From: Escherichia phage SP27
Sequence record: LC494302.1
DNA length: 64,000 nt
Strand: one strand, 5' to 3'
Part shown: positions 46,098 to 53,414 of the stretch, in pieces
How positions within the stretch are numbered: the first letter of the stretch is position 1
Layout of the letters: each line of letters starts with the position of its first letter
Position numbers and translations under genes: made by a program
Notes under the pieces: model-generated
Database searches by the model: none
What the model was told of the DNA's origin: nothing
What the model saw: only the letters and a program-made list of their open reading frames with translations

Positions 46098-46307
46098 ATG
46101 CTTACTGTACAGGATAAGATCGACATCTTAAAGGTTAATATGTATGTGATTGATGCAGTACCTGGTAAAGTATTTGCATACGATGATAGTACTGTAAGCG
46201 ATTTCTACTATAGCCAGGCCGTGGGGGATCTTTCTGTACAGTCGGTTATTGAAAACGTAGTTAATGCAGCGTATGAGCATTTACTTTCAAATAGTACTTG
46301 CAATTAG
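46098..46307 (+). CDS. hypothetical protein
   Basis: AAAGG RBS; 3' end overlaps next PeSL promoter. Confidence 0.5.
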   Translation: MLTVQDKIDILKVNMYVIDAVPGKVFAYDDSTVSDFYYSQAVGDLSVQSVIENVVNAAYEHLLSNSTCN

Positions 46308-46357
46308 TTTTTAAACGCGTATAATGTTTTACATGAAGGGGAGAAATGATTCTCCCC
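46298..46357 (+). promoter_or_regulatory. PeSL cassette
   Basis: TTGCAA-16-TATAAT + hairpin GGGGAGAAATGATTCTCCCC. Confidence 0.65.
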
Positions 46358-46376
46358 ACTAATTAAGGAATATGAA

Positions 46377-46523
46377 ATGAAAGCATCAAAAAAGAGTACT
46401 AACAAGAAAGCACGTTCAACCTTAGATGGGGTATTCCCTTTACGTTTCGTTGATGAAGTGGTTTCCTACCCGCCTGGCCTTACTCCTGAGATGGTAGAAA
46501 GTTTGCGTAAATCTAAAAAATAG
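46377..46523 (+). CDS. hypothetical small basic protein (48 aa)
   Basis: PeSL + AAGGAA RBS 6 nt before ATG 46377; below track cutoff. Confidence 0.45.
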   Translation: MKASKKSTNKKARSTLDGVFPLRFVDEVVSYPPGLTPEMVESLRKSKK

Positions 46524-46526
46524 TAC

Positions 46527-46587
46527 TTGCAATTAGTTTTTAGTACTGTATAATGTTTTACATAGAGGGGGGAAATGGTTCTCCCCA
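46527..46587 (+). promoter_or_regulatory. PeSL cassette
   Basis: TTGCAA-16-TATAAT + hairpin GGGGGGAAATGGTTCTCCCC. Confidence 0.65.
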
Positions 46588-46604
46588 ATAACAGGAGAAA
46601 CAAA

Positions 46605-46757
46605 ATGAAACAATACAACGCTCGGTTTGATGTTACTATCGGCAACGGTAAAGGTCAATTCTCTTTCAGTACTCGACGCAGTTATACAGAAAACTTCCTG
46701 CGTAATTGTGCACTGACCGCCGCACAAATTAAACATTACTTTCAGGCTAAAAAATGA
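46605..46757 (+). CDS. hypothetical small protein (50 aa)
   Basis: PeSL + AGGAGAAA RBS before ATG 46605. Confidence 0.5.
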   Translation: MKQYNARFDVTIGNGKGQFSFSTRRSYTENFLRNCALTAAQIKHYFQAKK

Positions 46758-46843
46758 GATCATTAGCTTATTACAGTTCGGCCCTGGTCGGTGCATTGAT
46801 CGCGGCGTTGTTAGTAACCTATCTATTCTTTATGGTGATTTAA
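46754..46843 (+). CDS. possible tiny hydrophobic peptide (29 aa)
   Basis: ATGA overlap with upstream stop; MRSLAYYSSALVGALIAALLVTYLFFMVI. Confidence 0.3.
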   Translation: MRSLAYYSSALVGALIAALLVTYLFFMVI

Positions 46844-46981
46844 ATGAATCCTAACGGTATAATTTACAGTACTCCTAAAACGAAAGCAGACAAGGTAAAC
46901 GCTAAAAAAGCGAAAGTAAAGGAGTACATCAAGCAAGGCATGACGCGAAAGGCGGCGATTCTAAAAGCTAAAAATAAATGA
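46844..46981 (+). CDS. possible small basic protein (45 aa)
   Basis: TAAATG junction; Lys-rich; followed by terminator. Confidence 0.35.
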   Translation: MNPNGIIYSTPKTKADKVNAKKAKVKEYIKQGMTRKAAILKAKNK

Positions 46982-46984
46982 AAA

Positions 46985-47012
46985 AAGTGGTTGACTTCGG
47001 TCAGCCATTTTG
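46985..47012 (+). terminator. terminator/promoter module
   Basis: GTGGTTGACTTCGGTCAGCCATTTTGCTATTATAT. Confidence 0.6.
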
Positions 47013-47045
47013 CTATTATATATTCATTGAGAGATAGCTCACTAG

Positions 47046-47076
47046 CCCACAGGGTGCAGGAGTGTATCTATTGTAT
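47046..47076 (+). promoter_or_regulatory. conserved leader box
   Basis: AGCCCACAGGGTGCAGGAGTGTATCTATTG followed by TATAAT. Confidence 0.4.
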
Positions 47077-47113
47077 AATGTTTGAGTACTTAAAACTATT
47101 TTTAAAAAAGTAC

Positions 47114-47172
47114 TTGCAAACTATCTCAATAAGCGTATAATGTTTTACATCGCAAGGGGAAACGGTTTCCCC
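47114..47172 (+). promoter_or_regulatory. PeSL cassette
   Basis: TTGCAA-16-TATAAT + hairpin GGGGAAACGGTTTCCCC. Confidence 0.65.
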
Positions 47173-47192
47173 TAGTAATAAGGAAACAAATC

Positions 47193-47534
47193 ATGACTAT
47201 CTCAATTGCTCAATCTAACTTTGAAAACGAAATCATCGCCCAGGCACTGCGTTTAAATGATGGTCGGGCCGAAATCAATTACGGTTTCAATTCAGGCGGT
47301 TGTGAAAAATATCAGTACTTTATAACTGCTGATGGCTGTGTCCTGGGCATCAATACAGTTATTGTAAACATCCAAAAAATTAATTTCAATGATCCAGACG
47401 ATAGCCAGTTTTACATCACTGGCGTAGACGTGAACTATGAGGATGACTCACTAACTGATGATCACACTGGCGAGCGGTTAGAAAGTGCATACGGTGAAGA
47501 TGATTATCAGTCCGGTCCAGAAGATTTCGAATAA
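47193..47534 (+). CDS. hypothetical acidic protein
   Basis: terminator/promoter, leader box and PeSL upstream; AAGGAAA RBS. Confidence 0.6.
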   Translation: MTISIAQSNFENEIIAQALRLNDGRAEINYGFNSGGCEKYQYFITADGCVLGINTVIVNIQKINFNDPDDSQFYITGVDVNYEDDSLTDDHTGERLESAYGEDDYQSGPEDFE

Positions 47535-47548
47535 TATAAAAAAATAGT

Positions 47549-47608
47549 TTGACAATAGATTATAGTACTGTATAATGTTTTACATGAAGGGGAGAATAGT
47601 TCTCCCCA
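47549..47608 (+). promoter_or_regulatory. PeSL cassette
   Basis: TTGACA-16-TATAAT + hairpin GGGGAGAATAGTTCTCCCC. Confidence 0.65.
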
Positions 47609-47627
47609 CTAACAGAGAGAAAACAAA

Positions 47628-47840
47628 ATGGCTAATATCCGGTCGAAATTAAAAAATGCAAAACAAGTTTTATTTTCAGATCATGAATACTTTAATAAAG
47701 ATATTACAGGAGTTACAAGTATCAAGGAAGTAAAAGAAAAAACCGGCGTTTTGTGTGATGTGCGATTAGTTGGAACATTTGGGAATAACGTGCTATATCG
47801 CTGCGGTGATTACAATTTTACACTGACTATCATTAACTAA
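47628..47840 (+). CDS. hypothetical protein
   Basis: PeSL + GAGAGAAA RBS; 70 aa. Confidence 0.6.
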   Translation: MANIRSKLKNAKQVLFSDHEYFNKDITGVTSIKEVKEKTGVLCDVRLVGTFGNNVLYRCGDYNFTLTIIN

Positions 47841-47861
47841 AAATATTATCACAGTACTATC

Positions 47862-47897
47862 AAAGCTATTGACAATGATTGATAGTACTGGCATAAT
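47862..47897 (+). promoter_or_regulatory. palindromic-operator promoter
   Basis: AGTACTATCAAAGCTATTGACAATGATTGATAGTACT + CATAAT. Confidence 0.55.
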
Positions 47898-47932
47898 AAC
47901 TTTTATCAACTACACTACTAAGGAATTAAAAA

Positions 47933-48112
47933 ATGGCTATCATCGCAAAAACTGAAATCGTTGGTCTGGATTCTATCATCATGACGTTTGAAGATCAAAA
48001 AGGTATGTATGTAGTTTCCTATGGTGATTATGTTCGGGAGTATGAAACGGTAGACGAAGCCTTTGAAAGTTATATTCGCCAGGTGAATAAAGCATACGAC
48101 GACTACCGCTAA
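47933..48112 (+). CDS. hypothetical small protein (59 aa)
   Basis: palindromic promoter + AAGGAA RBS; below track cutoff. Confidence 0.45.
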   Translation: MAIIAKTEIVGLDSIIMTFEDQKGMYVVSYGDYVREYETVDEAFESYIRQVNKAYDDYR

Positions 48113-48130
48113 AATATATTACCAGTACTA

Positions 48131-48167
48131 TTAAATCTATTGACAATGTTTGATAGTACTGTATAAT
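48131..48167 (+). promoter_or_regulatory. palindromic-operator promoter
   Basis: AGTACTATTAAATCTATTGACAATGTTTGATAGTACT + TATAAT. Confidence 0.55.
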
Positions 48168-48211
48168 AAGTTTTATAAACAGTAGTTAACTTAACCTAAG
48201 AGAGAAATAAA

Positions 48212-48355
48212 ATGATCGCACTGGATTCATTCATCGACGCAGTACTGGCAAAAACTGGCGAGGATCTGACCGCAGAACAATACGCGATGATCGAACAATG
48301 TCAACAGGACGGTAAATCGGTGAAAGATACTGTTAAGATTATCCGCAAGATGTAA
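48212..48355 (+). CDS. hypothetical small protein (47 aa)
   Basis: palindromic promoter + AGAGAGAAA RBS; followed by hairpin terminator. Confidence 0.45.
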   Translation: MIALDSFIDAVLAKTGEDLTAEQYAMIEQCQQDGKSVKDTVKIIRKM

Positions 48356-48360
48356 GATTA

Positions 48361-48392
48361 TAGCCCACTGGTTAACGCTGGTGGGCTTTAAT
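48361..48392 (+). terminator. rho-independent terminator
   Basis: AGCCCACTGG..GCTGGTGGGCT + TTT. Confidence 0.55.
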
Positions 48393-48460
48393 TCATCACC
48401 CTATACAATGCCAGTACTCAACCGTTTATCTCGTTAGAATGCGTTACAGGACGTTTAACA

Positions 48461-48658
48461 ATGATTAGCATGAAATCAGTACAAAAACAAATAGAAACAT
48501 TATCAAAAATTAAACGTAAACAGTACTCCTTAGAATATACAATCAATGGTAACTATCATCTAATGAAAGAGAATAATTTTATAGTCATTGATGAATCATT
48601 GCAAATCATTAGTATAGTACTGAAAGCATTAATCAATGACAGAAAAAAATTAAAATAA
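48461..48658 (+). CDS. hypothetical protein
   Basis: track ORF 65 aa; no convincing RBS. Confidence 0.35.
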   Translation: MISMKSVQKQIETLSKIKRKQYSLEYTINGNYHLMKENNFIVIDESLQIISIVLKALINDRKKLK

Positions 48659-48662
48659 TCTA

Positions 48663-48691
48663 TTGACAATATCATCCAGTACTGGCATAAT
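48663..48691 (+). promoter_or_regulatory. sigma70-like promoter
   Basis: TTGACA-17-CATAAT, leader box downstream. Confidence 0.45.
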
Positions 48692-48717
48692 ACTTACACC
48701 AAGACGAGAACGTCACT

Positions 48718-48746
48718 AACCCATAGGGTGCACAAATGTAACTGTA
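48718..48746 (+). promoter_or_regulatory. conserved leader box
   Basis: AACCCATAGGGTGCACAAATGTAACTG + TATAAT. Confidence 0.4.
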
Positions 48747-48749
48747 TAA

Positions 48750-48800
48750 TATTGATCAAAAAATGATCTGATCAATACTTGATCAATTTGCGTAAAGTAG
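48750..48800. other. GATC/TGATCA cluster in 330-bp ORF-free spacer
   Basis: TTGATCAAAAAATGATCTGATCAATACTTGATCAA: 4 GATC within about 40 bp. Confidence 0.4.
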
Positions 48801-48989
48801 TATAATTCTATGCAGTTGGTTAGACGAAAGGTTATGATTAGTAGTGCAAGTGTATAAAAATTTTCATGGTGTATCGTTCCGCACATATGGGGATGAATAT
48901 GTGGTATCATGTGGATTGGAAAAAGTAAGAACAAGTAATATTATTGTCGCATTACAGTACTATAGTATTTTTATAATGAGGTTAAAATA

Positions 48990-49247
48990 ATGGCTGTAGG
49001 ATTCGCGAAAGATGGGGCCGAACAAGACGAGATTAACGCAGTGATTCAGGCTGCCGTTAACCACGCTAGAAAGCAAATTAACGCACAAATAGAATCACTG
49101 ATACATTGCCTCGACTGCGGCGATATAATCCCTGAGAAACGACGCCAGGCCGTTAAGGGATGTAAGTACTGCATAACTTGCCAGGAGGATCATGATAGTA
49201 CTTTTAAACGTCCCCCGCGTAATTGTTGGCATAGATCTATGAGATAA
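48990..49247 (+). CDS. TraR/DksA-family C4 zinc-finger protein
   Basis: CLDCGDIIPEKRRQAV..CKYCITCQ matches the C4 finger pattern of TraR/DksA; GAGG RBS. Confidence 0.65.
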   Translation: MAVGFAKDGAEQDEINAVIQAAVNHARKQINAQIESLIHCLDCGDIIPEKRRQAVKGCKYCITCQEDHDSTFKRPPRNCWHRSMR

Positions 49248-49252
49248 AAAGT

Positions 49253-49281
49253 ATTGACAGTACTGAAAGATAGTTTATAAT
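49253..49281 (+). promoter_or_regulatory. sigma70-like promoter
   Basis: TTGACA-17-TATAAT upstream of GNAT-like gene. Confidence 0.55.
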
Positions 49282-49310
49282 ATTTTATATCTTAACTGAG
49301 GATTGAAATC

Positions 49311-49667
49311 ATGGGAATACAACATATCACGCGTACTACTGACAATGGCGAGATCACTGGCTATCAAGTACAGGGCAAAGTAGCACAATTGCAGTACTGG
49401 TTTGTTAAACGTGGAATCATTGCACCGGATCTTGATTATGACCGTGTAGCGTTTATTGATTCTCTTTATGTTGATCCTGATAGTCGGGGCAATGGTGAAG
49501 GTAACGAATTAATGAATGCCTTTATTGATGCCGCCGATGATTCAGATTGTATCATCTTAGAATGCGATACGGGAGAAGATAACGCCTTTAATCTTAAAGA
49601 ATGGTACGAAGGTTTCGGATTCGAGGTATTGATAGATAGTGAATATCCTATCATGATTTTATCATAG
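49311..49667 (+). CDS. GNAT-family acetyltransferase-like protein
   Basis: TTGACA/TATAAT promoter, GAGGA RBS; motif A-like RGNGEGNELM and motif B-like WYEGFGF. Confidence 0.55.
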   Translation: MGIQHITRTTDNGEITGYQVQGKVAQLQYWFVKRGIIAPDLDYDRVAFIDSLYVDPDSRGNGEGNELMNAFIDAADDSDCIILECDTGEDNAFNLKEWYEGFGFEVLIDSEYPIMILS

Positions 49668-49668
49668 T

Positions 49669-49728
49669 ACTTGCATTTAGTTTTCAGTACTGTTATAGTA
49701 CTTACATCAAGGGGAAACATCTTCCCCT
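49669..49728 (+). promoter_or_regulatory. PeSL-like cassette (degenerate -10)
   Basis: TTGCAT.. + hairpin AGGGGAAACATCTTCCCCT. Confidence 0.45.
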
Positions 49729-49745
49729 ACTAAGAGGAAATGAAA

Positions 49746-49934
49746 ATGGAAAACTTATCAAGTATTTTAGTACAAGATGATTTCGGTAATCCTGGAAGTG
49801 CTATCATTGTTCGGGGCAATAAAGCAACGTTTGTTATTGCTGGTGGACCCGTACAGCGTAGCATTAAAAATAATGCTGTTACCATTAATAATGTACGCTA
49901 TCGCTTAGATAAAGAATTAATTCATAAACTGTAA
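49746..49934 (+). CDS. hypothetical protein
   Basis: PeSL-like hairpin + GAGGA RBS 7 nt before ATG 49746. Confidence 0.5.
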   Translation: MENLSSILVQDDFGNPGSAIIVRGNKATFVIAGGPVQRSIKNNAVTINNVRYRLDKELIHKL

Positions 49935-49961
49935 TATTAATTTAATAGAGGATAACAATAA

Positions 49962-50285
49962 ATGTACATTCATACTACTATCACAAAGGAAGTCCGTTGC
50001 CAGTTCGAAAGTATTCCGGGCGTATGTTTCATCACTGGTACGTTTTCCCCTGGTGATCGTGATAATCCAGTACTGTTACAATTACGCCATCCATCATGGG
50101 ATAAAGCATTTGATCTACCGTTGAATGAATTCGCAACTACTGCTGAAAAGTACATTAAAAATATTCGCGAGAATGATCGACTATTCATTAATGCTTTTAG
50201 TGATTCCGCGTTAAGCGAGATCCACGGCGTATTGGTTGCAATCATGGAATCAATGCAGAAAACTAAATTCAAACAAGGTGAATAA
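49962..50285 (+). CDS. hypothetical protein
   Basis: AGAGGA RBS; 107 aa. Confidence 0.55.
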   Translation: MYIHTTITKEVRCQFESIPGVCFITGTFSPGDRDNPVLLQLRHPSWDKAFDLPLNEFATTAEKYIKNIRENDRLFINAFSDSALSEIHGVLVAIMESMQKTKFKQGE

Positions 50286-50291
50286 AAACTA

Positions 50292-50352
50292 TTGACAATA
50301 GATTATAGTACTGTATAATAAGTTACATGAAGGGGAGAAATGATTCTCCCCA
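50292..50352 (+). promoter_or_regulatory. PeSL cassette
   Basis: TTGACA-17-TATAAT + hairpin GGGGAGAAATGATTCTCCCC. Confidence 0.65.
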
Positions 50353-50368
50353 CTGAGAGGAAAGAAAA

Positions 50369-50581
50369 ATGCAAGGTCAACTAATCGTTCGTAAATGGTC
50401 TGATACTAACGAAAAACCGTGGGATGTACAATACATCGGACCGGATGGGGTATCACGTTATCAGCCTGGCGTAACGCATAGTACTGAGCAATATGCCGCC
50501 GCTCACCGCGAACGCCTGTTAGAATCCATGAAACAGGGATTCTGTGAAAAATTCATTCAAGATCATTGGCTGAAAGATTAA
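50369..50581 (+). CDS. hypothetical protein
   Basis: PeSL + GAGAGGAAA RBS; 70 aa. Confidence 0.6.
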   Translation: MQGQLIVRKWSDTNEKPWDVQYIGPDGVSRYQPGVTHSTEQYAAAHRERLLESMKQGFCEKFIQDHWLKD

Positions 50582-50598
50582 TAGAAGGAGTACAGCTT

Positions 50599-50691
50599 AT
50601 GCAAATGAATCCGATGATTATTGTTTTAGCTGTACTTATGATCATTCATGCAATTGTAGAAGTATTAACGCAATCAGGAGTAATAAAATGA
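50599..50691 (+). CDS. possible tiny hydrophobic peptide (30 aa)
   Basis: AAGGAG RBS; MQMNPMIIVLAVLMIIHAIVEVL... Confidence 0.35.
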   Translation: MQMNPMIIVLAVLMIIHAIVEVLTQSGVIK

Positions 50692-50861
50692 TTCAAGTAG
50701 AATTATCAGTACTGAAAGATCTGTTTTATCGGTTAGGTACTACTGGAGAGTATCCTAAAAGTGATACCGCAAAACTTTTTGTATCACTCGATTTATGGCA
50801 ACGCGAACAATTAGTAATGTCCTGGCGTAAAGGTAAAGCAGATAGCGAGGTGAAAGCATGA
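50688..50861 (+). CDS. hypothetical small protein (57 aa)
   Basis: ATGA overlap with upstream stop; GGAG nearby. Confidence 0.4.
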   Translation: MIQVELSVLKDLFYRLGTTGEYPKSDTAKLFVSLDLWQREQLVMSWRKGKADSEVKA

Positions 50862-51007
50862 AAGAATTCTTATTCGAAGTAGTGTTTCAAGGTGTCGGTA
50901 GTAATCAATTGATTCGCTCAAGTGGTTACAATGTTAACCAGGCATGGAATAACATTAAACAAATGTACCCGAACGCTATCACATATCGCAACCCAAAAGA
51001 AGTTTAA
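50858..51007 (+). CDS. hypothetical small protein (49 aa)
   Basis: ATGA overlap; followed by terminator. Confidence 0.4.
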   Translation: MKEFLFEVVFQGVGSNQLIRSSGYNVNQAWNNIKQMYPNAITYRNPKEV

Positions 51008-51016
51008 AAATAATTG

Positions 51017-51048
51017 AAAAAGGGATTGACTCCGGTCAGTCCCTTTGC
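51017..51048 (+). terminator. terminator/promoter module (GGGATTGACTCCGGTCAGTCCC type)
   Basis: AAAAAGGGATTGACTCCGGTCAGTCCCTTTGCTATTATAT. Confidence 0.65.
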
Positions 51049-51061
51049 TATTATATACGCA

Positions 51062-51092
51062 TAGAAACAAATCAGCCCACCGGGTGCATAAA
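51062..51092 (+). promoter_or_regulatory. conserved leader box
   Basis: AGCCCACCGGGTGCATAAATGTATCTATTG. Confidence 0.4.
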
Positions 51093-51145
51093 TGTATCTA
51101 TTGTTTGCTGGTGGCTAGTACTGAAAACTATTTTTAAAAAAGTAC

Positions 51146-51292
51146 TTGCATTGTACTTAGAATCAAGTATAATGTTTTACATCAGGACGGGGAACGAAAC
51201 AAGTAACCCCGTTAAGTAGTCCAGGAGTAAGACATACGAAAAACTCCCCTGATAAAATAGTTTGACAATAGAAAGTAAACGAGTATAATACT
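51146..51292 (+). promoter_or_regulatory. dual-promoter cassette with structured leader (copy 2)
   Basis: about 90% identical to 40170..40320 with compensatory changes in the hairpin (CGGGG..CCCCG). Confidence 0.55.
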
Positions 51293-51322
51293 TACATCAA
51301 CCACTGATAAGGAAACATAAAA

Positions 51323-51598
51323 ATGCGGATTCTACTGACAGCTAACGAAATCGAACAAGTACTGACTACTAACCTGGAAGACTGGAAACGTGAAGCAGAT
51401 ATCCAGGCGGTTCAATGGTTAAATGATAAGTTAACGCCGGATGACTTAAGCAAGATTGTAGATCCTCAATTCTACGAAGATATCCACGACACCGCGTTAA
51501 GCGTCGAGGATGTACTAGATAAGCACTTTATTGATACTGATTTGCAGGTTTACGGTCGTAAAAACTTTATCACTATTCACGACATTTACAATAATTAA
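51323..51598 (+). CDS. hypothetical acidic protein
   Basis: duplicated dual-promoter cassette upstream; AAGGAAA RBS. Confidence 0.6.
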   Translation: MRILLTANEIEQVLTTNLEDWKREADIQAVQWLNDKLTPDDLSKIVDPQFYEDIHDTALSVEDVLDKHFIDTDLQVYGRKNFITIHDIYNN

Positions 51599-51601
51599 GT
51601 A

Positions 51602-51665
51602 TTGACAAAGTATCTTAGTACTGTATAATAGTTTACATCGAGTGAGGGGAAACGGTTCCCCTCCT
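51602..51665 (+). promoter_or_regulatory. PeSL cassette
   Basis: TTGACA-16-TATAAT + hairpin GAGGGGAAACGGTTCCCCTC. Confidence 0.65.
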
Positions 51666-51686
51666 AACAAAGAGAGAGAAATAAAA

Positions 51687-51869
51687 ATGGCTAAGTGCAC
51701 TATCTGCAAGAAAGAAATAGTATTAGTTCCAAGTGCCCGTGAACGTGCCGCTCGGTTCGGTGGCAAAGCGTCAGACTATACAAAAATGTTTACTGCCCAT
51801 ACAGCTTGCCAGGTAGCAAAACGTTCACAAGAAAGCGTAGAATTAATGCGTAAACTTTCCAAAAAATAA
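51687..51869 (+). CDS. hypothetical small Cys-containing protein
   Basis: PeSL + AGAGAGA RBS before ATG 51687; CTICKK...HTAC. Confidence 0.55.
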   Translation: MAKCTICKKEIVLVPSARERAARFGGKASDYTKMFTAHTACQVAKRSQESVELMRKLSKK

Positions 51870-51872
51870 GTA

Positions 51873-51937
51873 TTGACAAAGTATCTTAGTACTGTATAAT
51901 AGTTTACATCAAGTGAGGGGAATGGTTCCCCTCCTAA
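51873..51937 (+). promoter_or_regulatory. PeSL cassette (near-duplicate of 51602)
   Basis: same promoter, hairpin GAGGGGAATGGTTCCCCTC. Confidence 0.65.
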
Positions 51938-51956
51938 CTAAAAGAGAGAAATAAAA

Positions 51957-52280
51957 ATGGCTATGATCCTTGCCCAGAAAGTAGAATTGAAAATTGTAAC
52001 CTCCTTTGACATTAACGTTAATCGGTGGACTGATTCACACGGCAATACTTACCACTCTTGCTACGTGTCTGCGTTAATTGGCGACCGCTGGGAAGACCTG
52101 GGACACGAAACCTTTACATACGGTTACGGTACACAAGGCGAATACACGGGCTTGGAGATCATTAAAGAAACCGTTATAGGTTTCAACCCGAAAGAAAAAG
52201 TTATTCACCGCATCGAGGAAGAGATCAACAAAGAAATAACAGTTCGCTACCACGATGTAAAACGTAAGAAAGACATGTAA
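51957..52280 (+). CDS. hypothetical protein, family B (paralog of 45074..45418)
   Basis: PeSL + AGAGAGA RBS. Confidence 0.6.
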   Translation: MAMILAQKVELKIVTSFDINVNRWTDSHGNTYHSCYVSALIGDRWEDLGHETFTYGYGTQGEYTGLEIIKETVIGFNPKEKVIHRIEEEINKEITVRYHDVKRKKDM

Positions 52281-52292
52281 TAGAATCCATTT

Positions 52293-52331
52293 AAAGTACT
52301 ATTTGACATTGCCCAGATAGTACTTTATAAT
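52293..52331 (+). promoter_or_regulatory. palindromic-operator promoter
   Basis: AGTACTATTTGACATTGCCCAGATAGTACT + TATAAT. Confidence 0.55.
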
Positions 52332-52375
52332 AGACTCTAACTTGTAGTACTAACTCAACTAATAGGATGTATACC

Positions 52376-52771
52376 ATGATTACTAAATTCTACGCTACCC
52401 GTGAAGCTGCCCGTATTGTTGCACGCGAGGAAGGCGAAACATTTAAAGACATGGGCAAAGATGCACCGAAAGGTCAACGCTGGGCCGTACAGTTCAAAGA
52501 GATCTCTGATATTGTGAATTCACCGGAGCCAGTACTAACAGCAGCAGAACTAAAACGAGCGGATTTACTGGCGTCAATACTTGATGCACAAGATGAGTTT
52601 ATCGCTGATTCTGATATCAAAGTACAGACAAACCACACCGCTTGGACTCACGCGGATCACCTGGCAAACCTTAAGCGTCCAAGTGAACTGATTCGCAACC
52701 AGAAAGAGATCCGACACGACCGTAAGGGTAATCGTGTAACAGTATACAGTAAACGCCGCCAGGTTATCTAA
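52376..52771 (+). CDS. hypothetical protein, family A (paralog of 39335..39601)
   Basis: palindromic promoter; AGGA 8 nt before ATG 52376. Confidence 0.6.
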   Translation: MITKFYATREAARIVAREEGETFKDMGKDAPKGQRWAVQFKEISDIVNSPEPVLTAAELKRADLLASILDAQDEFIADSDIKVQTNHTAWTHADHLANLKRPSELIRNQKEIRHDRKGNRVTVYSKRRQVI

Positions 52772-52792
52772 TAACTTGCAGTACTAACAACA

Positions 52793-52820
52793 CGGCGGGA
52801 TCAGTTCCCGCCTTTTTTAT
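52793..52820 (+). terminator. rho-independent terminator
   Basis: GGCGGGATCAGTTCCCGCC + TTTTTTAT. Confidence 0.65.
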
Positions 52821-52832
52821 AGGACAAACAAA

Positions 52833-53087
52833 ATGATTAAGGTTCAACTATATAAAGATAACATCTTACGGGTACACTATAAAGCACCTCAGAGAATCAT
52901 CACAAAGGCCGTACAGCTTGCAAATGAGTTTATTAATGGTAACCTATTACCTAGGAAGTTAAGCAACGGGAAACTGCGTGTAATCGACGTGGACACTAAC
53001 AACAGGATAGTAATCGAGAACACAGGAAAGATAAACCTTTATGAGCATCAACAATACAATAAGAAAATAAAACTAATATCACGTTGA
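52833..53087 (+). CDS. hypothetical protein
   Basis: terminator hairpin then AGGA RBS; 84 aa. Confidence 0.55.
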   Translation: MIKVQLYKDNILRVHYKAPQRIITKAVQLANEFINGNLLPRKLSNGKLRVIDVDTNNRIVIENTGKINLYEHQQYNKKIKLISR

Positions 53088-53140
53088 CAGTACTCAAATG
53101 TTTTAGTACTATATGTACATACCAACACGGGGGAAACAAA

Positions 53141-53383
53141 ATGATTACTTTAGAAAAACGTATCAAAGAAACTACATCGCTGGTGGAACTGTTAACAGTA
53201 CTCAAATGTAAAACAACACCATTCAGCACGCCGGACTTTATTAATATGGTTGATGTTAATGGTCGCTATCGTATCACGGTCGAACAAGGAGCGGCGAAAG
53301 TATTCAGTACTAAAAACACGAAGGAAGTGATCCACGCCGTTAATGTTAAAAAAGTAGTTGCCATTGATAGTAAAGTACTGTAA
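53141..53383 (+). CDS. hypothetical protein
   Basis: GGGGGA RBS before ATG 53141. Confidence 0.5.
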   Translation: MITLEKRIKETTSLVELLTVLKCKTTPFSTPDFINMVDVNGRYRITVEQGAAKVFSTKNTKEVIHAVNVKKVVAIDSKVL

Positions 53384-53414
53384 GATAGTTACATTAACTC
53401 AAGGAGAACATGCA

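Noticed and set aside
38234-48460. Mobile element or MITE interpretation of the GTTAGAATGCG-containing inverted repeats
   Set aside because: No transposase, target-site duplication or consistent terminal repeats were found; reported as repeats only.
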